The notes beneath the pieces were generated by a model, which did not search any database, was not told the DNA's origin, and saw only the letters and a list, made by a program, of their open reading frames with translations. Source: Schmidtea nova (lineage: Eukaryota). From it: 64,000 nucleotides of DNA. Where the stretch lies: NCBI GenBank assembly GCA_044892505.1, contig CM097882.1, positions 586,086,001 to 586,150,000 of the forward strand. The letters are read 5' to 3'. Positions 51,191-61,557 of this stretch are shown here, piece after piece; position 1 is the stretch's first letter, and each line of letters begins with the position of its first letter. The translations under genes were made by a program, and so were the position numbers.

Positions 51191-51395
51191 TAGATTTCAA
51201 ATTAATTGGAATTTGATTTTGTTTGGGAAAATTATCCATAATTAGTTTTTTCGACGGCGTATAACTTGTTTTCGAAACTGATTTTGAAACGGATTTCTTT
51301 GACAATTTCTTTCTTCGACCTGCTTTCTTACCTATTTTCATTGATTTTCGAGCTTTTATCAATCGTTCAAACTTTACTCGAGATTTCATTAACAT
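51123..51395 (-). CDS. Small highly basic protein (possible DNA-condensing core protein)
   Basis: KARKSMKIGKKAGRRKKLSKKSVSKSVSK; lies directly downstream of the ATPase; true 3' end uncertain. Confidence 0.5.
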   Translation of the reverse strand: MLMKSRVKFERLIKARKSMKIGKKAGRRKKLSKKSVSKSVSKTSYTPSKKLIMDNFPKQNQIPINLKSNAKQIHHRSFPFFNALLKAPFC

Positions 51396-51421
51396 TATTA
51401 TTACTGTAAATCAATTTAACT

Positions 51422-52039
51422 TTATTTATAAACCATGGCTCCTTCCTTGTTAAAAATATCAGTTCTAACTCTTAAATCATCACTGCATTGTTGAGTAAAA
51501 TCCAGGAAAATATATCCATGAGGAGATTTTGTAGCATCTTGAAAGTCTTCAATCAAAAAGTTACGATTTGAAGGATAAGCTTGTCTTGCCAGAAAATCAA
51601 TAACTGTTGCATCTCTAGGATTTTTAAACACAACAAGATATTGAACATTTAAATTACGGGTTCGATGACTACCGCCCTGATGAAATAAATTCTGAGTTAT
51701 AAAAATAACAGTAACACCTTTATGTCTACTGATTTTCGTAAATAAGTTATTGAAATCCTTTTCTTTATTTGCTTCTTGATACAAGTCGTCAATGATAATC
51801 ACATCACCTTGTTTTAATCTAGATGACCAGTTTTTATCGAAACCTTTTATGATTGTCATTTTTATTTTACAAAACTGATCTTGAGTCATTGCGCTTTCGT
51901 CGTCAGCTCCCCTATGCCAATAAATTTTATTGAATTTTGATTTGAATAATTTCGATTGCAATAATTTACAAACAAATAAAGTTTTTCCACTCCCGCTCGG
52001 ACCAACAATTTGAAACACTGCATCATTTCTTAATTTCAT
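51422..52039 (-). CDS. A32/FtsK-like DNA packaging ATPase
   Basis: Walker A GPSGSGKT, Walker B IIIDDL, RHKGVTVIFITQNLF, RTRNLNVQYLVVFKNPRD; intact 205 aa. Confidence 0.95.
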   Translation of the reverse strand: MKLRNDAVFQIVGPSGSGKTLFVCKLLQSKLFKSKFNKIYWHRGADDESAMTQDQFCKIKMTIIKGFDKNWSSRLKQGDVIIIDDLYQEANKEKDFNNLFTKISRHKGVTVIFITQNLFHQGGSHRTRNLNVQYLVVFKNPRDATVIDFLARQAYPSNRNFLIEDFQDATKSPHGYIFLDFTQQCSDDLRVRTDIFNKEGAMVYK

Positions 52040-52131
52040 ATTTAAAAATTATATTTAATTAATATTATTGTTTATATTTGTTTTAAATACTCGCTCTCAA
52101 AGTATTGTTTCATTTAAAAATATTTTCAGTA

Positions 52132-52599
52132 ATGATTAGAAACATTAATTACAAGGGTAAGACAGATGTGTCACACATGAAATTTCCAAATGGAAAACCA
52201 CAACAAATTGTAGATAGAAGTGGAAAATACCCAATAATATACTTTAAGACAGGAAGATATAGAATAATGGGTTGCAGGGAATTTATTAGTGATGAAAAAG
52301 TTGAGTTTTACGATTTAACAATACAATCGATAACTGTAACTGCGGATTTAGGATTTATTTGTAATTTAAATGAATTATCTAAATTGATACCGTGTGTTTA
52401 CGAGCCAGAATTATTTCCAGCTTTGAGATATATCAAATATAATCCCATGTGTGTAAATATATTTGCAAGTGGGAAATTAGTCATATTAGGATTAAAAAAC
52501 AAAGACTATTCAACTATAGTTGATGATATTATTAACGATATAAAATCAATTATAGAAGATAAAGCTTTTGTTGATTTCATACTAACATGTGACTCATGA
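52132..52599 (+). CDS. Divergent TATA-binding protein (TBP) homologue encoded by the Maverick
   Basis: 155 aa from the first ATG. Two TBP-like repeats: IRNIN...IIYFKTGRYRIMG and IQSITVTADLGF.CNLNEL...YEPELFPALRY...VNIFASGKLVILGLK (cf. cellular YEPELFPGLIY...LIFVSGKVVLTGAK). Confidence 0.88.
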   Translation: MIRNINYKGKTDVSHMKFPNGKPQQIVDRSGKYPIIYFKTGRYRIMGCREFISDEKVEFYDLTIQSITVTADLGFICNLNELSKLIPCVYEPELFPALRYIKYNPMCVNIFASGKLVILGLKNKDYSTIVDDIINDIKSIIEDKAFVDFILTCDS

Positions 52600-53144
52600 C
52601 TGCAATATTGCTGCACTAGAAATGTACGATTCTGATTGGTTCTGTGTGTATTACGTACAAAATTCACGTTTTGACGGGAATCAACGTCAATCAGATATTG
52701 AAGGACCATCAAGAAAATATCAATAATGATTTACCTTTTATGGCAGAACACATATTATGCGCCTATCAATGTGGACACTGTGTGGATAGGATACACAAAT
52801 TGCAAGTGTGGGTTCTCCGAAATACACTGAATCAATTTGAGACCAATCAGATGAAGGAAATCATCGAGGAGGAGATTGAAAAAGAAAGATGGCTCAACTC
52901 AACTCCCGAGCCGCTAGAAAAATCAGATGATTTAGATAATGAAACAAATTGCTCTGAAGAATGTCCAATTGAATGTGCTTGTGAAAACTCTAAAGATTTG
53001 GAAGCACCAGCGATAGATGGACCTTTTCCATTGGAATCGCCACAATCACCTGATTGTGATGAGTGTCACCGAAAGGCTGATGATGATGCTGTTGATGATA
53101 ATGATGGTTGTCAATCTATTGGTGGTGGACCATTAGATATGTAA
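52596..53144 (+). pseudogene. Cys-rich protein with acidic C-terminus, one in-frame TAG
   Basis: ATG overlaps the TBP stop (ATGA); TAG at 52617-19; CAYQCGHC, CSEECPIECAC, CDECH; D/E-rich tail; followed by AATAAA. Confidence 0.6.
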
Positions 53145-53650
53145 ATTTTATTATTATTATGATATTTTTGTTGAATAAACGTTTTTGAATTTATTTTTTA
53201 GTTTTGATTTTATTATTTGTAAGAACTTTTTATTTAAATGTTTTTATTATTTTATTAAACTTTTTATTAAATAAGAAAATGTTTTATTTAAAAAAAAAGT
53301 ATTTTAATTATTAAAGTTTTTATTAAATGCGAATCAGTAAGAGTGTGTTTTTTATTTTTTGATGAAAAATAATTATTATGAAATAATTAATTACAAAACT
53401 TAAGAACATTAGTAACAGAACATTCCGAGCAGAACCCTGGTAGCAGAACCTATTCTGTGATGGTTTTATGTGTAAAAGCTTCATATTTGAACATATACAA
53501 AATTAATAAACATGCATGCATAAAACAAAGACATTGCAATACAAATGCATAGTGTGTGCAACATAAATGCATGAATATGATTGGACAAAGACATCCAGTC
53601 ATTAGTATAAATACAAAGGCGTTATTTAAAATATTGTCACAATTTATAAA

Positions 53651-54067
53651 ATGCAATCAAGAAAACAAAATTTAGATATAAGCGAAGAAAAAATAATTCA
53701 GACTGATGTAAAACCAGTTCAGATGTACTATGACAGCCGAATTTATTTTTTGGTTAAAGAAATACCGTTTCGATTATCTTATCTGGTAAAGTTAACAAAG
53801 TCTTTATATGATAGTCTTGCTATAATTATTGATAAAGAAGATATTATCGCACTAAATCGATTATTTTCAAAGATCAATGTTAATTTAAATTGTAAAGAAA
53901 CCATGTACATCAATAACAGAAAAACTCGGTTCCATGATTCTTTTCAAACTATCGAATTCGTGGATCAGGAACACTGGTTCGTTACAATAATTATTCAAAG
54001 GTACAAGATTGATAAAAAAGATGTTGTTACTCCAATTTGGAGAGTTGACAATGCAAGATACGCATAA
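53651..54067 (+). CDS. Hypothetical Maverick protein, 138 aa
   Basis: Intact ORF preceded by ATTGG (CCAAT) and TATAAATA (~53606) and followed by AATAAA. Confidence 0.7.
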   Translation: MQSRKQNLDISEEKIIQTDVKPVQMYYDSRIYFLVKEIPFRLSYLVKLTKSLYDSLAIIIDKEDIIALNRLFSKINVNLNCKETMYINNRKTRFHDSFQTIEFVDQEHWFVTIIIQRYKIDKKDVVTPIWRVDNARYA

Positions 54068-54132
54068 TTGTTATTTAATAAATATTTTAGTATGAACAAT
54101 TTTAGTTTTTATATTAGTTTTGTGTTTTTAAA

Positions 54133-54702
54133 ATGAAATTAAATATAGTTATTTTATTGTTATTTTGTGTTCACAATACTGAAGGAGAACAAGCTTTGGA
54201 AGATTGTCAATCATCCCATCCGTTTAGAAGACAAGATAGTACTTGCGCGAGTTATAATGAAATATGTGTTTACTCAAACACTGAATGCAGTCAAATAAAA
54301 TTACAATGTGATCAATGTCCTTCGAAAAATAATTTGATTAATAATGATATTGAAAAAATGATTACCAAAATAATGATGAAAATAGTTGAACGATTAAAAT
54401 GTATCAATCAAACCTTTGTTAAAAAAGAATATGAAGTCAGATACCAAAATCAAACAGTTGAAAACGAAAAAACAGCCATTGTATTACATTAAATTAGTTT
54501 ATTTATATTAATAATTATACTGATATTATCGACATCGATACGGTTAGAGAAAATATCTAATATTCCAAAGAATAATATTCCGAAAAATACTAGTATTCCG
54601 ATGAATAATATTACAATGAATAATATTCCCAGTAATAATTTAGATGTGAATAATTTTGAATCGAAATTTTGTACACGCACACAACAATATATTTATAAAT
54701 AA
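54133..54702 (+). pseudogene. Type I membrane protein with signal peptide and Cys-rich (TNFR-like) ectodomain, one in-frame TAA
   Basis: Signal MKLNIVILLLFCVHNTEG; six-Cys cluster; two NQT sequons; reading through TAA 54490-92 gives a TM segment AIVLH*ISLFILIIILILSTSI and an NNIP-repeat tail ending at 54702. Confidence 0.6.
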
Positions 54703-54719
54703 ATTTTATTTTGTCTTTG

Positions 54720-55310
54720 TATTTTCAATGTCTTTGTTCATGTTGCACATGTATTGCAAAGTCTTTGTTTACGTTGCACATGTATTGCAATGTTTTTGAT
54801 GACTCATATTTGTGTTAAAAAAATTTGTGTTAAAAAAATTTGTGTTAAAAATATTTGTGTTAAAAAAATTGGTTAAAAAAATTTGTGTTAAAAAATTTGT
54901 GTTAAAAAAATTTGTGTTAAAAAAATTTGTGTTAAAAAAATTTGTGTTAAAAAAATTTGTGTTAAAAAAATTTGTGTTAAAAAAATTTGTGTTAAAAAAA
55001 TTTGTGTTAAAAAATTTGTGTTAAATAAAATCTTTTGTTAAAAAAAAATTTGAAAAAAAATTATTGGCGCGAAAAAAAATTTTGAAAAAAAAGTTTTTGG
55101 CGCGAAAAAAAAATTGAAAAAAAAATTTTGGCGCGAAAAAAAATTCAAAAAAAATAAATTTAAGAGTCATCGATGACTCATCGATGAGTCATCAAAAAAA
55201 ATTTCGACCTCCCTGGGAGGGGGAGGGGGTCTTTGTTCTTTTTTCCCGCCCACGCCACCCACGCAATGAGTCATAATGTCTTTGTTCCCGGCTCCACACA
55301 TCTACCTACT
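54720..55310. repeat. Maverick right terminal (TIR) region
   Basis: 31-bp duplication, ~14 x 15-bp TTTGTGTTAAAAAAA array (54810-55023), 3 x ~32-bp E2F-site units, AP-1 cluster, GC-rich stretch, terminal CTACCTACT. Confidence 0.75.
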
Positions 55311-58213
55311 TCTGTTAGATACAGGAGCACGAATTAATGTTATGTCTAAAGCGGTACTGGATAAACTGGACAAAGTCGAGATAATAGAAACAGATGAAAT
55401 GCTAAGGTGTGCAAATGACAGTAAATTGGAGACTATCGGTAAAATTCAAATTGATGTAAAGATAGGGAAACTAACAAAAATAGTGACCTTTACTGTAGTC
55501 CAAAACATTGTCCCAGATGTTATTGGAGGTGTAGAATTACAGAAACAATTCGGTATTGAATTAAGATGGATTCAAGAGGATGAAATAATAATATTTGAAA
55601 TAATATGTGAAATTGATGCTAAATTTGGGAGGAATATTACAAATGAAGAAAGATTCCAATATGCGATAGGAAGTTGAAAGTAAAAGAAGATAAATTTCTT
55701 TTAGAAATTATCAAGAGAAATAAATGCGTTTTCATGGCTGACAAGTGAGATATTGGATGCACTGATTTAATTGAACATAAAATTGAAACAACTGGTGGAC
55801 CAATAATGATAAAGCCAAGAAGGCAGCCTATAAACTTGGAAGAGAAAATAAACATGGCCATTAAAAATCTGGAGGATAATAGTATTATAAGGAAGTGTAA
55901 TTCACCTTGGAACACCCCGTTAGTGTGCGTTTGGAAAAAAGAAAAGAAGGATATCATACTTTGTTTGGACTTTAGACAACTTAACAAAATTACTGAAAGG
56001 CAAGCGTTCCCGATGTCAAATGTCAACGAGATCTTAGATGCTTTGCATGGAACTAGATATTTTAGTTCCATTGACCTTGGAAACACATACTATCAGGTAG
56101 AATTGGATAGAGAATCACAGGAGAAAGAGGGACAATTCTGTTTTAATCGAATGCCATTTGGCATCACAGCAGCACCAGGAACTTTTCAAGAGCTAATGAC
56201 AAAGATATTAAAGGATTTATGGAAAGACGGAGTATTGGTTTATTTGGACGATATATGAATTTTTACGAATACACTGGAAGAACACTATAAACTGCTGGAA
56301 AGAGTATTGCATAAAATTGCGGATGCTAAACTAAGAATTAACCCAGAAAAATGTCAAATACTGAAAAGTGAAGTGAACTTCTTAGGCCATATTATAAATA
56401 AAGGCGGCATTCAAACTGATCAAAGCAAAATTGAAGCTATTCAATCATTCCAAAGGCCAAAATGTGTGAAAAATTTAAGAAGTTTCTTGGGCATCTGCAA
56501 CTATCGAAGGTTTATTAAAGACTACGCAAAGAAGTCAAGAGCTTTATAGAGTATATGTGATAAAAATAGCGACAAAATAATATGGAATGAAAATTGTGAG
56601 CAGGCTTTTGAGAATATGAAGTTGGCATTGATAACCGCACCGATCTCGGTATTTCCTGATTTTAAGAAATAATTCATATTGGATACGGACGCAAGTTTGA
56701 TACGATTGGCGCAGTCTTATCACAGAAGGATGACATGGGATATGAGCAAGTTATCGCATATGGATCATATGCGATAAATGACCACGAAAGGGGTTATTGT
56801 ATTACAAGAAAAGAACTTCTGGCTATATACTATTTTTGTCAACATTTCAACACTACGTACAGATCATAAGGCAATAACGTTTATGCTAACAACAAAGAAG
56901 CCAATTACAGCTCAATTCCAGATCTGGATAAACTATTTAAACAGCCTTGATATAAAAATGAAATTTAGAAAAGGTACATTACATGCTAACGCAGACATAT
57001 TATCGAGGAAAATGTGTGGCACATGTGTGCAATGCCTTATGGATCACGATAATCCTAAAAAGAAAAAATGAAAACCAGATTGTTAAGTATAATGACTGAA
57101 GGGAAAAGAGAAGAATGGCAAAGAAATAGTGAAGAAATAGAGGATATTAAAAATAATATAAGAACTCAACCAAGTAAAAGGTTTATAATAGAAGATAACA
57201 TTATTTACACTAAAAGAAATATGGATACCAGAAAGTAAAAGAAGAGAAATGATTAAGAAAACACATTTATTATTATGTCATGGCATGACAGTCATGCCGG
57301 AGTTGATAATGTTATCAAATACATACAAAACAATTTTGATATGAGAGATTTAATAAATGAGGTAAAAACAGCAATATCAAACTGCGAATCTTGCCAAAAG
57401 GTTAAAGTTGCAACTACAAAGATGAAAGAGAAATCAAAAGTACTTGAAGCATCAGAGCCTTTCGAGAAAATATATATGGACATCTGTGGCCCAATGAAAG
57501 AAACATTTAACAGGAAAAGATACATTTGCGCAATAATCGACCATTGCAGTAAATACATTTCGCTAACAGCAATAAATAAACAGGATGAAGAGACAATTGG
57601 GAAGATATTGTTAAACAATTGGATTCTAAAATTTGGGGCACCCAAGGGACTACATGTAGATTGCGGGAAAACATTCGAAGTGAATAGCATAAAGAATATA
57701 AGCAAGAAAGCAGGGATCGAAATAGTGTATTCGAGTCCATATCATCATAATACGAATGGTATAATCGAAAGACAATTCCGGACAATAAGAGATTTTATTA
57801 ATGCATCGCTGAAAGACGGAAATACAAAAGACTGGGCAGATCTTATTCCAGATATAGAATATGCACTCAACGCGACAATCCAAAAAACAACGGGAGTAAG
57901 TCCAGCTGAAATTGTTTTTGGTAGGAGAATTGATAGATCGAAATGGTATAGTGATAATAGAATCAACTGAAAAGAAAAAGCATTGAAAATTGAAAGTAAA
58001 AGACTAAATGACGAAACAACAACTGCAAGGAAGTTTGAAGTGGGAGACAAAGTGTTAATCAAACGAGAAATATGAAACAAGGATCAAGATAGGTATGAAG
58101 GACCATACACCGTAACAAAACGAATACATGAACGTAGTTATATGCTGAGAAATAAATGTGGAAAGTCTTCAATCAGGAATATTGAAAAGATTAAAGAATT
58201 TAAAGAAGGGGGA
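55311..58213 (+). pseudogene. pol: Pol of element 2, heavily disrupted
   Basis: LLDTGA, WNTPLVCV, LDFRQLN, YLDD, DICGP, YHHNTNGIIERQFRTI, DRYEGPY; many stops and frameshifts. Confidence 0.93.
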
Positions 58214-58521
58214 TGAAAGGGTAGAATTCACGTTTAAATTAAAATTGTTAATAAACATTTAAATTGTATTTGTTAGATTTCATAAATTTTTATTTAAACA
58301 TCTTAAATTAATTAATTAAATAAACCTTAAAATATATGTTATTTCTTATTTAAAAATTAGCCAGCATTTAAATCAACATCAGAATTAAAGAAGAATAGCC
58401 TTCAAGTTTTTGTTTATATATTAGGAGAAAAGAGCGTAGTTTTCAATTTTAATAAATTTTGTAGTTGATTTTATTTATTTAATGGATACCGAAAATGAAT
58501 TTGATATCGTTGCTGCTAATA
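58214..58521 (+). repeat. 3' LTR of element 2
   Basis: Differs from the 5' LTR only at TTGC/TTGT and GAGT/GAGC. Confidence 0.96.
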
Positions 58522-59081
58522 CTGATAATTATAGATGACCCAATTGAGTGAAACGCGATGTAAGTCACTCAAGGACCACAAACAATACGCGATACTGCTA
58601 TAAATAAAAATAATTGTTGTTATAATAAACAACTGCTTGAAAAATCATATTTTAAATTTGTTATACAATTTCATTTTCACATGTAAAAGTGAATAGTAAA
58701 GAGGTAGTGAACACCAGATCTTACTTAGTAAGTTCAAGTTCAGCACAAAATCAACACAAAATCGCACTTGTACTTCTTTTGGAAAAAATAAAAAGCAAAT
58801 ANNNNNNNNNNNNNNNNNNNNNNNNNNNNNNNNNNNNNNNNNNNNNNNNNNNNNNNNNNNNNNNNNNNNNNNNNNNNNNNNNNNNNNNNNNNNNNNNNNN
58901 NNNNNNNNNNNNNNNNNNNNNNNNNNNNNNNNNNNNNNNNNNNNNNNNNNNNNNNNNNNNNNNNNNNNNNNNNNNNNNNNNNNNNNNNNNNNNNNNNNNN
59001 NNNNNNNNNNNNNNNNNNNNNNNNNNNNNNNNNNNNNNNNNNNNNTATTTCTAAAGCTATTATTATTATTATCATTATTAA

Positions 59082-59126
<45 letters not shown>

Positions 59127-59164
59127 TTTTATTTTATTAATTTATTTATTATTATCATAATTAT

Positions 59165-59385
59165 CTTTTTTCACCTTTGATCTTTTTTTATTATTATTAT
59201 CAATAATTCTCATAATGATGACTATAGATCAAAAATTTTTTTATAAACAATAACACAATATTTCGGCACAGCCTTTATCAAGTGTGTATTTCACTTGATA
59301 AAGGCTGTGCCGAAATATTGTGTTATTGCTTCTAAATAAATTTTGATCTATAGTCATCATTATGAGAATTATTGATAATAATTAT
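59165..59385. repeat. Near-perfect palindrome with two inverted U3-A8 hammerhead motifs
   Basis: CAC-TTGATAA-A-GGC-TGT-GCC-GAA-ATAT-T-GTG at 59292-59322 (+) and 59254-59284 (-). Confidence 0.75.
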
Positions 59386-61557
59386 TTATTATTAGTATTA
59401 TTATTATTTTTATTAATATTTTTATTTTTATTATTATTTTTATTATTATCATTATAATTATTATTATTAAATAAATAAAGAAAAATGTTAAATTTATAAA
59501 ATATTGCAAAAGATAATTTATGAAATTCTATGCCGAAGCCTTGCATAAAACTAATTAAAATTAAATAATTACTCTGAATCATTTTCATGAATTTCATGTC
59601 ACAAGTTTTTCATCGAAACAATTCATGTAAAAGGAGACCACAGAATCAAAAGCTACCGACATAAAAACCTTGTCAAATGAATTGTGTAACCGGAAATTTT
59701 GATTTCGGGAGTTTTATCCACTGTCACGTTTTCTGTGTGTTCAATGAATCAGAAAGGCGGTAATTTTTCACGATTGTAAAAACAAAGCCGCAAAATCCTC
59801 TTAAACGCAATTTATAATTTAATCCCAACGATATCAACAATTCCCTCTAATCTCTACCGCTGATTTCGAGTGTCAATGGGAATTTCTGATGGCACTTGAA
59901 ATAATTCGAAAAAAATAAATTTTTCATGACCAATCTCGACAAATAAAATTTCATGCCGCCCGAGGTAAATTAAAACAGAAATTCCTTGTAATTCATTTAT
60001 ATATTTTTTCAAATTTATCTTGAATTTAATTGGCTATAATTCTAATAAATTTCATCAGAAAATTTGTTTTAATTATTCACCGTCATAAGAGTTTTTGAGT
60101 TCTTAAAATAAAATAAAATTTTAATAATCAATAATTTTTTTTAAAAAAATCAACAAACTGCCTAATGTATTTTTTTGGAATTTTTAAATAGAATTTTTCG
60201 CAAAGAAAATTAACAAATTATATTCATTTTTTAATATATTTGTTTATTTGCTTGTAAATATCCGCGTAATTTCGACATTTAGTAGTAGTAGTACCATCAT
60301 GCGTTGTGTACACTGTGATTAAGGAAGCTAACTAGAAAATATGAAGAGAAAAAATTAATGTAAAAAATATGCGGCTTTTAGTGTGATGTTACAGTCTGAC
60401 GAGACGTTTGATGATCTCTGTAGGAGGGCTACACACACCAAATTGGGTAATATAATGAATCTTTTTGTCCATACACCGCTAGTTTTGATGTTCAGCGGTG
60501 CATTAGTTCTCCTTTGGAGAATTTGTAACATTAGCTAGAAACAGAAAGGGAGGAAAATTAAAAAAACTTGTAATATAGCAAACCTCGAAAAAAAAAATTT
60601 ATATATATATATATATATATATATGCTTCTGACTTAATTAAATTTTCAGTCCAGCTTCACGCCAATGCAATGTCATATTTTCACTGACATCCCTTTCTAG
60701 TGTGAGTAAGAAATTTCCGTCAATGTCATATCCTGACAGGCTGCTTTTCATTGGCGTTTTCAAGTAGAGGGGGGTCCATATTTAAAAAGAAATTGACTAC
60801 TGATATTAAACTCGAGTTTCAAGGAGGGTTTGTAGAATATCATTTGTATTTTATCTTCAAATTCCGTGATTTGGTAATTATTATGTAATCGGGTTTTGTT
60901 TTAATTTATCGAAATACCAGATGTTTGCGTTCCCAGAAAGTTTTCACTAATTAAGCGTTTCGGAATGTCCATATCATTAGATGACAGACAAAATATATTT
61001 TAGCCAATTAAAACAAGCCTGTTTCCAAAGACAGTCAATGGGATCCTAGAATATCTGTGTCAGTCACCAAATTTGTTTTTATTTGTTATATTTTATTCAA
61101 ATAAATAAATATATATATATGTATGTGTGTGCTTTTATTAAACAAATAAGAATAGGCTTTTTTGAATTTTTTTGTAAAAGTTTGTTTTAATGAATTGATA
61201 ATATTGACGTGTTTGCACTTTATATTTTCTAATTGTTTATATATCGTTTTGAAAATATCTCAATTTGTGAATTACAAATAAATGTCATTCAGAGAATTAT
61301 GAAAGTGCTTGTGGGTGTTCCAATAATACAGAGTTGCGTTTGGCAAATGGCAGCCCATAAAGAATGTATTTAGTTTGTTTTGAAATAAGATTTTTGATAA
61401 AAACTAATATCAACAATTGACATAATCTTGATTATTTTGATATTCTTATTACTTCAATATAATAAATATTATAACATTATTTAATAAAGAGTTTACTAAA
61501 ATAATAATAATAGTAATAATAATAAATAAACTATTAAATAAAAATGGCAATTTATTG

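Larger units (their letters stand above)
44940..55310. mobile_element. Maverick/Polinton, left end (left TIR, polB) missing
   Basis: Integrase, ATPase, MCP, mCP and cysteine protease cluster; right terminus ...CATCTACCTACT (AGTAGGTAG on the minus strand, Polinton-like) abuts the gypsy protease codons; left boundary approximate. Confidence 0.92.
43770..58521 (+). mobile_element. Ty3/gypsy LTR element 2 containing a Maverick insert
   Basis: 308-bp LTRs at 43770-44077 and 58214-58521 (2 mismatches); TSD CTGAT (43765-69, 58522-26); PBS TGGCGACCATG; PPT AAAGAAGGGGGA; gag left of the insert and pol right of it. Confidence 0.96.

Noticed and set aside
54812-55024. ORF of repeated KKFVL
   Set aside because: Translation of the 15-bp TIR tandem repeat with a GTG start; no evidence of coding.
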